A DNA stretch of 64,000 nucleotides from a bacterium UBP14_UBA6098 (GTDB taxonomy: Bacteria; UBP14; UBA6098), in assembly GCA_002428525.1 (NCBI GenBank), contig DIWU01000003.1, positions 16,662 to 80,661 of the forward strand, read 5' to 3'. Within the stretch, counting starts at the first letter, position 1, and every line of letters begins with the position of its first letter. The notes under the pieces are model-generated. The model had not been told where the DNA came from. It worked only from the letters and a program-made list of their open reading frames with translations, and ran no database searches. Positions 29,101-38,308 of the stretch are shown one piece after another. The position numbers and the translations under genes were made by a program.

Positions 29101-32100
29101 CGGAGCGGGTTCCGACATCGGTGCTTGCGGTGAAGGTCGTCACGCAACTTCCGCCGAGGGTTTGTTTCGGTGAGACGACGATGCCCATTGTGTCCGGATC
29201 GACGCGGAACCTCACGACTGTGCCGTCGGAGACGGGACTGCCGTCGGTGTCGAAGACTTGGCAGGTGATTATCGATTGGGACATGCCGTCGGCTACGAGC
29301 TGAACCGGGTTGGCGGTCAGAAGCAGTGTTCCGACCATACTTTCGCGAAGGATAACCTCTGTGAGCTCGAAAACACCGGCGCTTTGCGCCCAAACGCGGG
29401 CGATTCCGGGGTCGGTGCCGGCCCTTAATATAGTATAGGCGTCGCCGGCCGAGTTGGTGAATGTGTTCGAGGGTGCGATAGATCCGAGGTCGGTGCCGAA
29501 TTGGACGGAGTTGCCGGAGAGCAGTCTGTTTCCGAAATCATCCAGCAAGGTGGCAACGACACGGGTTTCGTCGCGGCCGTTCGCGGCGATGCTTGCGGAA
29601 TCCGGATTAAGAACGATCGATGCGCATGATCCGGGGATGATCTCGACGAAGCCTTGATCGCCTCTCCCCAAGCCATCGCTGGCGGAGATCCAAGCCCTGC
29701 CGCGCTTTGTGCCGACGCGGAAGCGTGTTGTGGCGATTCCGGTCGAGGTATATGCGATTTGCGGGATCAGCGCGCCGAGGGTGTCGGCCGAGGTGAGGAG
29801 CGTATCGCCGATTGTGTCCGGCCAAGTCGCGAAGAATATCGGAGTGCCGTCGGAGACGGGGTTGCCGAAGGTATCGAGGACAGTCGCGCGACACTCGGTT
29901 TCAGTGTAGCCGTCCGCGGGGATAATACGGTCGGTGATTGTCAGCGAGATAGTGATAATATCGGTTTGGACAAAGTGAACATCGGTCTCGCCGCGTGCGG
30001 TCCCAGCGCGGGCGACGATTCGCGCAGTGCCGGTTGTGAAATCGCTACGGAGTGTCGTGATAACGATACCGCTGGAATTGGTCTCGTCGGAGAGCGGGAA
30101 GATTTCGCCTCTGGAGGTCGATAGATCAACCGTCACGCCACCGCGGACCGGGTTTCTGTAGCGATCGAAAACCGCGACGCTACATATCGCCGTGGAGAAG
30201 CTGTCCGCAGGCAGTGTGTCGGGCGTCGCCCAAACCGCTATGCTGTCCGGTTCGCCGGGGACAAGATCGCAACGGGTTGTGTCCGAGATGAAGCTTGCTG
30301 TGGTGTCGCCGATATATGCAACGATATTGCACGAGCCGGCGCGCGTGGAGGCGGTGAAGGTTGCGTTGATTTTGCCGCTGTCCGTGTAAACAATTGTCGG
30401 TGAGACGAAGCCGAGAAGCCCGAGCGAATCGGGGAGTGTGTAAAGCCTAACCGGTGTGCCGTCTGAGATCGGGTTGCCGGCCGAGTTACGAACCATACCG
30501 CTGACAGTGGCCGAAGCGAGGCCGTCCGCGACGAGCGAGTTGGGATCGACTGCAACCACGATGCTCGCGTCGGCGAGGCTATCGGGGAGGAAATCCACTC
30601 TGCCGATTCCGACCGCGGAGCCGGAGGTGGCCATCACGAGGGCTGTTCCGGGGGTGATCCCCGAGCGAAGCTGTGTAATCGCGATGCCGTTTGTATCGTC
30701 CACTGTTCCGGTGACGGCGAGAGAATCTATTGTTCCCAATGTGGTTGTATAGTTCACGAGATAACCGCCGTCAACGCGGTTTCCAACAGCATCGTAAACA
30801 TAGGTGCGAATCTGCGAACGCTGTTCGCCGTCGGCGGCAATGGCCTCGGGATCGGGGATAATATCTATCGATTGCGGCGGGCCGGAAACGAAGCGGACTA
30901 AGACCGTGTCGTCGATATATCCGCTATCGCCGGCCGATCCGACATAAGCGATAACAGTCGCGGTGTCCAACTCGGTGGAACTGCGAAGGCTCGAGGTCGC
31001 CACGCCGGCGATCGTGTAGGCCACTCCCGGATAGGCGAAGCCGACATCGGTTCTGAAGAATATCGGAGTGGAATCGGAGACCGCCATGCCCATCGAGTCG
31101 AGGGCAATCGCGCGAAGGCCGCAACTCGACACGCCATTGGCGATCAGCGACATGCTGTCGGCGAACAGATCGATCGAGGCGACATTGAGCGGAACCAGCC
31201 GCAGAATCTTCGTTCCGACCGGCCCCGCGGAGGTCGTCGCAGTGATGACTGCTGTTCCGGCCGAGGTTCCGGCGAGGAATCGGAAGGTGGTGGGTGCATC
31301 GAGGATCGTAAATCCGAAGGAGGGAACGATCGATCCGAGCGAGGCGACCGGCGAGATCGTCATTTCAATGCGGTTGCCGGATTCGACGGGATTTCCGAAG
31401 CGGTCGTAAACGAAAACGCGAATAGTGGAGGAATCGCGGCCGTCGGCGAAGATAATATCGCGCGGGGTTGTATCGGTTTCGGAAACCACCGATTGGACTA
31501 TGACCTCGAATGGGTCGCCGGGGACGAATTGCACTTGAACTGAGTCGTAGAGATAGGTCGAAGCATCGACCGAGACGGAGCAAATCACCGTGGCGGTTCC
31601 GGTTCTCGTCTCGGAGAACAGCTCGACAGAGGCCTCTCCCCCGACCGTCGTAGCGACGCCCTCGATCGAGCCGAAGTCGTCGCCGGCCGAATCGATGGAG
31701 CGGAAATCGATGCGGGTGCCGTCGCGAACCGGCTGGCCGAGGACATTTTGAATCCTCGCGGTGATAGTCGAATAGCTCTCGCCATCGGCGACAATTCGCC
31801 TCGGGTCGGCGCGGAGGCTGAGGTATTCCGGCGGCGCGGCCTCGAATCGGACTTGGCCGATTCCGACTCGTCCGCCGGCGGTGACATCGATTCGGGCGAT
31901 CGAAGGAACTGTGCCCGAGGTGAGTATAGCCTGCGCACTGCCGGAGCCGTCGGTGAAGGTATTCGCCGGTTGAATCGATCCGGCGGAGGTTACGAACTGG
32001 ACAGTGATTCCGGAGCCGAGGGGGTTGCCATAGCGGTCGAAGAACTGGGCATGCACGACGGTATAAGCCTCGCCGTCGGCGGGAAGCAGGGTATCTTCGG

Positions 32101-35100
32101 CCCAAACCCAAATGCTATCGACATCTCCGGGGACGAGGTCGAGGAAGGCATTATCGCAAATCGAGGTGATTGTGTCAACTGTGCAACATGCCTTGATCCA
32201 TACCCTTCCCGCGCTATCTCTGCTGAAGACCTGCACCGAGGCCTCTCCGGCCACAGTGAAAGCCAAGGTCGGCGAGAGCGAGGCGAGGGTGGTGTCGGTC
32301 GGCAGGCCGGGGGGCATTGTGTCGATTGAGAAATAGACCGGTGTGCCGTCGGTAGCGGGGCTTCCGAGGCTGTCGGTGACCATCGCGCGGGCGAAGGTCG
32401 AGGATCTGCCGTCGGCGACAAGCTCGGGGTCGTCGAGTGTGAGGTTGACGAAGCGAACCTCGGCGTTTGTAAGCGTGATATAGGTTTCGCCCCAAGCTGT
32501 GCCGGAGGTGGCTCGGATTCGCGCCTCGCCGGGGGTTCTTCCCGAGGTGAAATCGGCGACGACCAAGCCCGAGGGATTTGTAATATCGCTCGTGGGATCG
32601 ATAGTCCCGCGCGTTGCGGTGAATAAAACCGAATACCCCGCACCGACCGGATGATCGAAGCGGTCGAAAACAAGCACGGAACATCTGCTTGTGGAGAAGC
32701 TGTCCGCGGGAATCGAGGTCGGGGATGCCCAAACCGAGCAACTCGCCGCCGAGCCGGGAACGAGGTCGATGAGGACGCTGTCGATTACAGTGGCGCCGGC
32801 GCGGGCGACTATATAGGCCGGGCCGATGATAGTGCGCGAGTTGAAGACAGTCGCGAAATCGCCGCTATCGGTGGTGGCGATATTCGGCGTAATGAAGCCC
32901 ATACTATCGGGGTTGACGCTGAATGTAACCGGTGAGCCGTCTGACACGGGCATTCCCACCGCGTCGAGAACCCTGCCGGTCACGGAGGCGGTGCTACGGC
33001 CGTCGGCGACGACATCGCGCGGATCGACATAGAGGACGATGTTCCGGGCAAAGGTGCTGTAGAAGCTGACAGTCACCTGAGAGAGCGCATCGCCGGAATT
33101 CGCCCAAACGACTGCGGTTCCGGGGGTTGTGCCCGCATAGAGGAAGACCGAGGCCGCGCCGGTCATGTCGGTGAAGGTCATCGAGTCGATTGTTCCGAGT
33201 GTTGTTGTGAAACTGACGCGAACCCCCGCGCGGACGGGGTTGTTGTATTGGTCATAAACGAGGACGCGCACTTCGGTGAAGGTGTCGCCGTCGGCCGGGA
33301 TGTCGTAGGGCGGCGGCGTGAACTCGATAATCGCCGGCGGGCCGGGGATGAACTCCACGGTTGTCGAGCCGGTGACGCTGTCGCCGGCGTCGCCTGTGAT
33401 CGTGGCGAAGCCCACTGTTGTCGAGGCGCGGAGGGTTGTCGTGGCCTCGCCGGAACTGGTATAAGCAACTCCGGGGAATACAAAACCGGAGTCTGTGCTG
33501 AATCGCACCGGTGTGTTATCCGGCACGCCTACGCCCATGGAGTCGAGAACGATCGCGCGGATCGTCGTCGTGCTGACGCCGTCTGCGACGAGGCGGACAT
33601 CGTCGGCGGAGAGGAAAATCTCGCTTGCGACAATCGGGGAGAAGAAAAGCTCGTCGTAGCCGGTAAAACCGCCGGCGGTGGCCATGACGGTAGTATTGCC
33701 GGAAACATTGGAGAATATCTGCACGGAGACGGTGCCGGTGCTGTCGGTATAGCCGCGGTCGAAGACGTATGTTCCAATCGGCGAGGCCGAGAAGATGACC
33801 AATTGGCCGATAATCGGGTTGCCGTATTCATCGAAGACATAGGCCCAGATTGTCCCTCTCGATTCGCCGTCGGCGAAGACGACTGTGTCGGAGGAATCGA
33901 CCCAGACCGTGATTCCGGCCGCCGCGCCGGAGATGAAGTCCACGATTGCGCTGTCTTCGAGGCCGAAGACACTTCCGTGAACCCATGCCTTTGCGGTATA
34001 GTTCGGTGAGCGCCAAGAGATTGTCGCGTCGCCGCCGGAGGTGGCCGCAAAGGGCGGCATTGTGCCGACCGGAGCGGTTCCTCCGAAGATATTATTTGAA
34101 AAATCGACGACTATTCCATCGGAGACCGGCAACGCGGAGGCGTCGAGGACTCTCGCGACGACAATCGCGGAGTCAACGCCGTTGGCGGTGACGCGGTTCG
34201 GTGTGGCCGTCACCGAGATGAAGGCCGCTGTGGTCTCGATCTGCTCGATATAAATCCATGCATTGGCGAGGTCCAAGCTCGCGCCGATGCGGACGAGGCC
34301 GACGAAATCGCTGGCCGAGTATTCAGTTGTGGCGATTCCGGAGGCGTTCGTCACAACCGGCGAGATGATCGAGCCTTGATCGCTTGTGAAGACGACCTGC
34401 TGGCCGGCGCCGAGGAGGTTGCCGTATTCGTCGGTGCAGATTGCGGTAATCGTAGTCCTCGCTCTCGGATCGGCCAGCAGGATAGTATCTGCGGCTTCGA
34501 TCGAGATATAGTTCGCCGCACCCGACTCATAGCGAATAAACAGTGTATCGGCTATGGTATCTGTCGTTGTTATCGTCGAGGCGACGACTGTGTCTATTCC
34601 GGCGTCGGAACCGGTAATAAGCGTCGTATTGACGAAGCCGCCGACTGTGAACTCGTAAATGCTGGAAAAACCGCCGAGGACGCTGGAAAAATCTATGCGA
34701 GTGCCGTCGGAGACCGGACGCCCGATACCATCTACACAGTAAGCGGTGAGGCCGAGGCCCGAGCCGTCGATGGAAATATGAGTGCTGTCAGCTGTGAGAA
34801 TCAGAGTATGTGCCTCCGAGCCGATCAGCTCGATGTTCGTCATGGCCGTCGGCGCACTGCCGGCGTTCGCTTGAATCCTTGCGGTGCCGATTGTAACACC
34901 GGCGGTGAATGTAGTCGTCGCGATGCCGTTCGTGTCCGTGACTGAGGGCGAGATTATCGAGCCGAGATCGGTGGTGAAGCTGACCGAAACGCCCGCCTCC
35001 GCGGGGTTGCCGTAGACATCGGTGCAGGTCGCCGTGACAGTAGAGGTGCTGACGCCGTCGGCGGAGAGGATTGGCGGAAAGGCGGTAAGGGCGATGCTCG

Positions 35101-38100
35101 TCACCTCGCCGGGGAGGATCTGCACTGTTTTCGTGTCGGCGATTGCACCGACAGTTGCGATGACAATGCAAGAATCGGCTGTGGTGTTCGGCCTGAACTC
35201 GGCAGTGGCAATCCCTCCGCTTGTTACAGGGCTGGAAGGAACTATAGTTGCCAAGGTGTCCGGCAAGACCGTAAATGTAACATGCGTGCCGTCGGTGATC
35301 GGGTCGCCGATGCTGTCATAGACATTCGCAGTAACATTCATCACACTGCCAATGTGAATGCGCGCGCTGTCGGTCGAGAGGACGACCTCGCCTGCGGAGG
35401 AACCGGTGAGCCATATTCGGACATTCTCGCTCACCGATGGGAAAAGCGACAGTTTCGCGTTGAGGACTGCCTCGCCGGCGGTGTAGAAGCTCCTGAAGGT
35501 TGTATGCGCCTGACTGCTATCACTGTCGTCGGTCCAGTCGGTCAGTGTCACCGGTGCGCCGAAGATCTCGCTTCCGGCGGCCATCTCGAATTCAACGAGG
35601 AAACCGGGGCCGACGCGATTACCGTGGGCGTCGAACACCGAGGCTGTAATCGCGCTTGTGCTCGAGCTGTCGGCGAGAATAGTGTCAGGCTCGGCGGTGA
35701 GGTGAATCCTCGAGGGGGCGTCGGGGACGAAGAAAACCGTCATTGTGTCCTCGGCCCAAGTGCTGTCGCTGGTCGCGACGCTGACATAAACGAAGGTGCT
35801 ATCGATCGTTGTCGGGGAGATCAGGTTTATTCGTGCGATGCCCGCGGGAAAAGACCCGCCGGTTAAAACTGTGAAGCTGTCGGCCATCGGCGCAAATGTC
35901 GAGATTCCCTCGAATGACTCGCGGATAGGATCGTTTCGCTCGGCCCTCATGCGCGGCGCGGAGGTTCTTGCGATCTCCTCTTTTTTCCGCTGAATATCGA
36001 GCTTTGCGCTTGAGAGCGCGGCGGCGCGTGACGCGGCGGGAAGGAAGGTTCCTCTTTCCGTGCGGAATATGACCGGCGTGCCGTCCGAGCAAGGCCTGTC
36101 CTCATCGTCGGTAACATAAGCCGTAATAAGGACGCTGTCCGCGCCGTTTGCAACCGCCGAATCGACATCCATAAGAAGACGGATCTCGTCAGGTAGAATC
36201 GGGTAGAAATATATATCCCCGCTTCCGGGAGTAGCTCCAGAGGCCGTCGCATAGACCGTATGCCAACCCACGGAGCGCGAGCTTGTAAGCTTGGTTTCCG
36301 CGCGCCCCGAAGCATCGGTATTGCTGGAAACAGGGTTAACCGTGCCTTCATCCGGGTCGAAAGTGATCAAGTGTCCGGCGAGAACGGGGTTGTGATAGGG
36401 GTCGGAGACAAAAGCGGAGACCTGACATGTGTCCTCGCCATCGGCGAGGATGCTGTCTCTGCTGAATGTAACGCTGTCCACCTGGCTTGGATCTCCCGGC
36501 AGGAACGGTAACATCAAAGTATCTGTCGCGGTGATGACCGTATCGCCTAAAATAGTATCGTAAATCGCGAACCATGCCGCGACGATGCAGGTATCCGCGA
36601 GGGTTCCGCTGGTGAGTGTGACGCTGGCGAAGCCTCCCGAGGTGACGGCTTGGCGGAGGTCCATCGATTCGAAGACGAATTTGCCTCTGCCTCGCATTGC
36701 CTTCGCGCCGGAGAGTGTCCCGAGGCTGGAGGAGAAATTGATACGGACGCCGTCGGAAACGGGGTTGAACAATGAGTCGAGCACCTCGGCGGTGATCGTC
36801 GAGGAGCTTGTGCCGTCGGCGACGAGCTGGTTCGGTTGGGCGTTAAGCTGTATGTATCGTGGAATCGAGCTTGAAAGGAGCACCTCGGTGAATCCGGACA
36901 CGCCTTCGCAGGTCGCGATAACGCGTGCGTAGCCCGAGATCACTCCGCTCGTAAGGACTGAGCTCGCGCTTCCGGTGGTGTCGGTGTTCGCGGAGGGCGG
37001 GAAAATCGTGCCCTTGTCCGTTTCAAACGTCACCGACCATCCGGAGGAAGCAATGTTACCGTATTGGTCGTAAACGGTAGCTGTGATGCGTGTTGTGTCG
37101 TGACCGTCGGCGAGGATCGGGCTTCGTGCGGCTTCGACGGTGATACTCATCGGGTCTCCGGCGGTGAAGCGAACCTCAATCGAGTCCTCGATAGTGCCGC
37201 CGGTGCCGACCGAGGCCGAGGCGGTGCAAAGCACCCTGCGCGCAGTAGTGCTACTGCGGAGCTTGACATAGGCATAGCCGCCCTCGGTTTGCGCGACGCG
37301 CGTGCTTGTCGGGCGACCGCGGAGATTCATAGGCTTGGTGTTTTTAAGGCCGGCGACATTGGCCTTTTTCGGGTTATCGGCCTTGAGATCGGCTATTGGC
37401 AGAAGGGTTCCATCCTCGGAAGAGAAGGTTATTTGCGTGCCGTTCGGCGCGGGGGTGCCGGTCGCGCCGACTGTGACATAGGCCGAAAGTATAAGCTCGG
37501 AAATCCCATCCGCCGGAATAGACGAAGGCTCGGCATGAAGGTCGATAAAATCGACATCCGGTATATCGAGCACCCAAACTGTATCGCGCGCGGAGACTGT
37601 ATCGCCGATGCCGAAAACTGTGGCGTCGATGATAATCCTCCGGCTGTCGCTGGGGACTGTGAAATGCGCCGTTGCGATCCCGTTGCTGTTTGTCAGTGCG
37701 AAACTGTCAACGATCATAACGAGGTCGCCGGGGTTGCCCTCGATGAAGTTGAACCGGACCTGATGGCCGGCGAGTGGCGAATAGGTCTCGCCGAGGACGC
37801 GCGCCTCGAGGTTCACCCGGCTGACACCGTCGGCGAAGACAGTGTCGGGAATGGCGTTGAGGAAGACATAGTGGGGATCGATGAAGTTGATCGGCAATAT
37901 ATCGATGGTCATTCGTTTTGTTCTGATCTGCTCGGCGGAGACCTTTGCGGTGATCGTCGCGGAGCGGCGCGTCGAGTCGGGGAAGGTGATGAAGGTCGTG
38001 GTCGCTATGCCGTTCTCGTCGGTGATAATACTTCTATTCTCGATCGTGTCGATGTTGGTCGAGAACTCGACATTGACCTCTTTGAGTGGCTTTCGCGAGT

Positions 38101-38308
38101 TCGCGCCGATAATGAGCGCGTGGATCTCGGTTTGGCCTCCCGAGACGATTATTGGATAGTCGGCCCATAGGCTGTCGATGAGGTAGTCGGTTTCGACATC
38201 CCAGCCGAAATTGCCGCTTCTTCCGCATCCGGTGTTAAAAATCAGAATAATCGATAAAAGGAAGAGAGTGAACCAGAGGCTGGTTCTAAGTATTTTTACC
38301 CCGGTCAT
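23111..38308 (-). CDS. Giant (5,065-aa) surface lipoprotein composed of ~47 tandem bacterial Ig-like (Big_1/invasin-type) domains
   Basis: Single 15.2-kb ORF. N-terminal signal with a Cys after the hydrophobic core (MTGVKILRTSLWFTLFLLSIILIFNTGCG). About 47 repeats of ~95-100 aa with a recurrent ..ADG.S....T..V.D..GNPV..G..V.F.T..G.I.......TD..G.A..T..A.. signature, in two alternating subtypes. No T9SS CTD at the C-terminus. Confidence 0.85.
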   Translation of the reverse strand: MTGVKILRTSLWFTLFLLSIILIFNTGCGRSGNFGWDVETDYLIDSLWADYPIIVSGGQTEIHALIIGANSRKPLKEVNVEFSTNIDTIENRSIITDENGIATTTFITFPDSTRRSATITAKVSAEQIRTKRMTIDILPINFIDPHYVFLNAIPDTVFADGVSRVNLEARVLGETYSPLAGHQVRFNFIEGNPGDLVMIVDSFALTNSNGIATAHFTVPSDSRRIIIDATVFGIGDTVSARDTVWVLDIPDVDFIDLHAEPSSIPADGISELILSAYVTVGATGTPAPNGTQITFSSEDGTLLPIADLKADNPKKANVAGLKNTKPMNLRGRPTSTRVAQTEGGYAYVKLRSSTTARRVLCTASASVGTGGTIEDSIEVRFTAGDPMSITVEAARSPILADGHDTTRITATVYDQYGNIASSGWSVTFETDKGTIFPPSANTDTTGSASSVLTSGVISGYARVIATCEGVSGFTEVLLSSSIPRYIQLNAQPNQLVADGTSSSTITAEVLDSLFNPVSDGVRINFSSSLGTLSGAKAMRGRGKFVFESMDLRQAVTSGGFASVTLTSGTLADTCIVAAWFAIYDTILGDTVITATDTLMLPFLPGDPSQVDSVTFSRDSILADGEDTCQVSAFVSDPYHNPVLAGHLITFDPDEGTVNPVSSNTDASGRAETKLTSSRSVGWHTVYATASGATPGSGDIYFYPILPDEIRLLMDVDSAVANGADSVLITAYVTDDEDRPCSDGTPVIFRTERGTFLPAASRAAALSSAKLDIQRKKEEIARTSAPRMRAERNDPIRESFEGISTFAPMADSFTVLTGGSFPAGIARINLISPTTIDSTFVYVSVATSDSTWAEDTMTVFFVPDAPSRIHLTAEPDTILADSSSTSAITASVFDAHGNRVGPGFLVEFEMAAGSEIFGAPVTLTDWTDDSDSSQAHTTFRSFYTAGEAVLNAKLSLFPSVSENVRIWLTGSSAGEVVLSTDSARIHIGSVMNVTANVYDSIGDPITDGTHVTFTVLPDTLATIVPSSPVTSGGIATAEFRPNTTADSCIVIATVGAIADTKTVQILPGEVTSIALTAFPPILSADGVSTSTVTATCTDVYGNPAEAGVSVSFTTDLGSIISPSVTDTNGIATTTFTAGVTIGTARIQANAGSAPTAMTNIELIGSEAHTLILTADSTHISIDGSGLGLTAYCVDGIGRPVSDGTRIDFSSVLGGFSSIYEFTVGGFVNTTLITGSDAGIDTVVASTITTTDTIADTLFIRYESGAANYISIEAADTILLADPRARTTITAICTDEYGNLLGAGQQVVFTSDQGSIISPVVTNASGIATTEYSASDFVGLVRIGASLDLANAWIYIEQIETTAAFISVTATPNRVTANGVDSAIVVARVLDASALPVSDGIVVDFSNNIFGGTAPVGTMPPFAATSGGDATISWRSPNYTAKAWVHGSVFGLEDSAIVDFISGAAAGITVWVDSSDTVVFADGESRGTIWAYVFDEYGNPIIGQLVIFSASPIGTYVFDRGYTDSTGTVSVQIFSNVSGNTTVMATAGGFTGYDELFFSPIVASEIFLSADDVRLVADGVSTTTIRAIVLDSMGVGVPDNTPVRFSTDSGFVFPGVAYTSSGEATTTLRASTTVGFATITGDAGDSVTGSTTVEFIPGPPAIIEFTPPPYDIPADGDTFTEVRVLVYDQYNNPVRAGVRVSFTTTLGTIDSMTFTDMTGAASVFLYAGTTPGTAVVWANSGDALSQVTVSFYSTFARNIVLYVDPRDVVADGRSTASVTGRVLDAVGMPVSDGSPVTFSVNPDSMGFITPNIATTDSGDFATVFNSRTIIGPAYIVARAGATVIDSVLIDLVPGSAASCSVWASPTSIPADSFSTSRCSVLVFDRFDHPVGAGYSVLFTATRGTIDPTSDITNPSGLVVADFTSGRTPGEARIRATSGTAWGETYITLTNAEVRFVNLTLDDPELVADGRSSTFARAMVTDSLGSPATDGTPVYFSIDTMPPGLPTDTTLASLSPTLAFTVAGEASVQVFSRDSAGRVWIKACCTVDTITSICDNAFLDLVPGDVDSIWVWAEDTLLPADGEAYTVVHAQFFDRYGNPLGSGITVQFVTSAGSIQPANTFTDGSGSAQAILTSGTVPSIARIDVTAGGRVGIGQVRFEAAPPEYLSLRADPRRIVADGESYSTITARIQNVLGQPVRDGTRIDFRSIDSAGDDFGSIEGVATTVGGEASVELFSETRTGTATVICSVSVDASTYLYDSVQVQFVPGDPFEVIVQSVVSETDTTPRDIIFADGRDSSTIRVFVYDRFGNPVESGNRIEMTISPVASLGSIVPSFGFTILDAPTTFRFLAGTSAGTAVITATTSAGPVGTKILRLVPLNVASIDLFADSMSLIANGVSSCGLRAIALDSMGMAVSDSTPIFFRTDVGFAYPGVAYTIAGVATSSLRSSTELDTATVIAYVGSAGDSGYIDDTVLVRFVSGPPQSIDIIPDPEAIAADGEQRSQIRTYVYDAVGNRVDGGYLVNYTTTLGTIDSLAVTGTVDDTNGIAITQLRSGITPGTALVMATSGSAVGIGRVDFLPDSLADASIVVAVDPNSLVADGLASATVSGMVRNSAGNPISDGTPVRLYTLPDSLGLLGFVSPTIVYTDSGKINATFTASTRAGSCNIVAYIGDTTASFISDTTRCDLVPGEPDSIAVWATPDTLPADSFSTAICSVAVFDRYRNPVRGGVTVDLSTSRGEIFPLSDETNSSGIVITTLRSDFTTGTARIVARAGTARGETDVHFVQTDIITISLTITDRIIPADGYTETECRATVLDTFGNPVSDGTPIFFATWPDTIGDTLLTSADTLGALIPQIAYTSTGIATTRFRVGTKRGRAWISASDGLGRGDQGFVEIIPGSCASIVLNPDSASIAANGRDETRVVATLLDDFGNRLLSGNSVQFGTDLGSIAPSNTFTNSAGDAYTILRAGTDPGIARVWAQSAGVFELTEVILRESMVGTLLLTANPVQLVADGMSQSIITCQVFDTDGSPVSDGTVVRFRVDPDTMGIVVSPKQTLGGSCVTTFTASTDVGTRSAWVIGSVTDTTVIPAVEISDSIRILLIPGPAATIEVWADTLDLDYPGRDTIWADGFDDITIYARVLDQYGNRMLAGKTVSFQTNRGTIVSSAITDTMGVARALLTADIQPGDAIIQARCDDAAGYHQVYMHPTDVDNIVLFADSTEMRANGTSRTKVYAHVYSDGGHLISNGTQVTFWVDSVGWAHPEPAIAFTDSGIATIYLRSDTLAGQIGVWATAESDTANMTLRLLPGPANRLDAYAELDSIFADGSSNVAVSCTVFDRYSNPVTPGTAVSFTTTLGSIGATAFTNTSGFATTRLTSGTVPGDALVTIRSGDAIDFVQVRFDSLLAAEIVLNIVPARLPGDGISTAEVTAYVFDSVGLPVSDGTRVSFQHINAAPNGIINPRIAFTSGGIATATLTAPLAVGTDSISATVGATVEDVVSVVYEPGDPAVIEFDPAFSDSLPADGSGMEQAVYVLDEFRNPVRIGTSVSFETTRGTVITPTVVEDATGRARTYISSTETGPALLTARSGSAVGSRVIQYLAIEANFVDLVANPVRIIANGTSTSNITVTVLDTSSIDGSRPVSDRTPVFLEVIGTGVVNPRTVYTSGGQATATLTSGVIVGDNQVVATVTETLKDTVAVEFVAGAPSILDFHQINPTMIADGADTQTVIVRVRDAFGNPVANGLAVNFSINKGYVTPISATGGVWPGDSVGYAQAVVVSGTDYGVASLSATCGSATNYATIQFIPLTADSLVLVVDPPLLISNGSSTASLTAVVFDSAGLPVSDGTIVRFSTTHGIINPAVAYTSGGIALSTLKAGTSPFDSVAVAASAGGAAVDTQFVQFIPGPPAVIEVTADREIIEANGVDSSMITVRVLDQYGNPVASGVAVNFSATLGTIIPTSYTDTAGYVTVRLIAGNTSGFSNVTITSGSATGNILIEFISTQVSDVTLTIIPPTLIANGSSTAEVSVVVLDSLGSPISDGTTVRFYGLNLGSITPIFATTTGGIARATISSYTSTGLDTLYARSGLIEVWDTISFISGPPDYILLSSADLILTANETDTTRIFGQVFDQASNPVGIGHVVNFSVEPAGYGTIWAADVTDEDGLVDVPFRAGRYAGVAIIRAECEGADGITQVELQPTNVNEIHVSVADRFMPADGVSSTQVSAFVTDSSGMEIADGTGVRFGQIVTPGSQPALLNPSFVTTSDGFARINLIAPTFVGSTSIYAYCILPDGLGGFDTIASVETLEVSFQPGNVSTIRFDTLGALDYEQINYVQLKADGEDTIKASISVEDAFGNGIPGATLNLTLATGTVVPPIGVTGSDGRLPFRITAPNRIGNTYLQASTGGVTGYLPVEFIPTKTANIALSVTPRGLPADGTSTANVRAIVTDSLGNPVSDGVIVRFTAKYGLIAPLDSLESGVATAILVSADRPSVDTVWASCQTETIAVEVIYDAGPADAITIFVTPDTATVGSSTLSAVTGMVTDAAGNPVARGTYVYISVDSTGMGSIADPVVATDDSGNYRTNYAPGLKAGLTGIVARVGSLTARKDFLLYAGPPHTTDIAVSRDFIYIRGVGEVDQSVISAVIYDQYDNPVRDSSIVVFRIVAYPTGGSLDPELIPGGTLISDTVYTINGRASATLRAGDRSGSIVVEATAYLPGGGTFVTRAPRITVGSGLPRNVSVSAYECNVRGWDVDGVPNQILAIITDEFLNPVAPGTAVWFTSDEGAITTSATTNDSGFAFATWFSSSPRTDGVVEVTAETRDTSGIRQGSVSFYASGRPNRIDISVLPGLTYADSTGFSDVRVDVWDVNENPVTDSTTVQLVTDWGSVISPIYTTNECYASYAIGRYTARNVYIDNYCASDTGGLARVTGTVGGISQSDTIFLKHDTPNSEESKITAPESVPYGYDFPVSVRIVDQWKNPICGELVELFGANATVLPPTSGVTGPTGEISFTVAAAPDTNYPSSGVIIARINSTGGTINVPVTYSSRRRPSPPSEFEIPAEVPPQTAIVPAEAYLGRRD

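Noticed and set aside
23686-38170. Dozens of 60-390-aa ORFs on the + strand inside the giant gene region (e.g. 24845..26008, 33248..34009, 37064..38170), and Arg/Pro-rich minus-strand alternatives (e.g. 23686..24558, 31365..32111)
   Set aside because: They are antisense or out of frame relative to a continuous, domain-rich 15.2-kb ORF. High GC produces long stop-free spurious frames, and their compositions (Arg/Pro/Ser-rich) are typical of such artefacts.
23111-38308. Possibility that the ~290-bp periodic repeats are a CRISPR array or satellite
   Set aside because: The repeats are protein-coding Ig-like domain repeats, diverged at nucleotide level and in one frame. There are no short exact direct repeats with unique spacers.
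23111-38308. Diversity-generating retroelement targeting the giant adhesin or T9SS cargo
   Set aside because: No reverse transcriptase gene and no template/variable repeat pair with adenine-specific differences is visible in the window.
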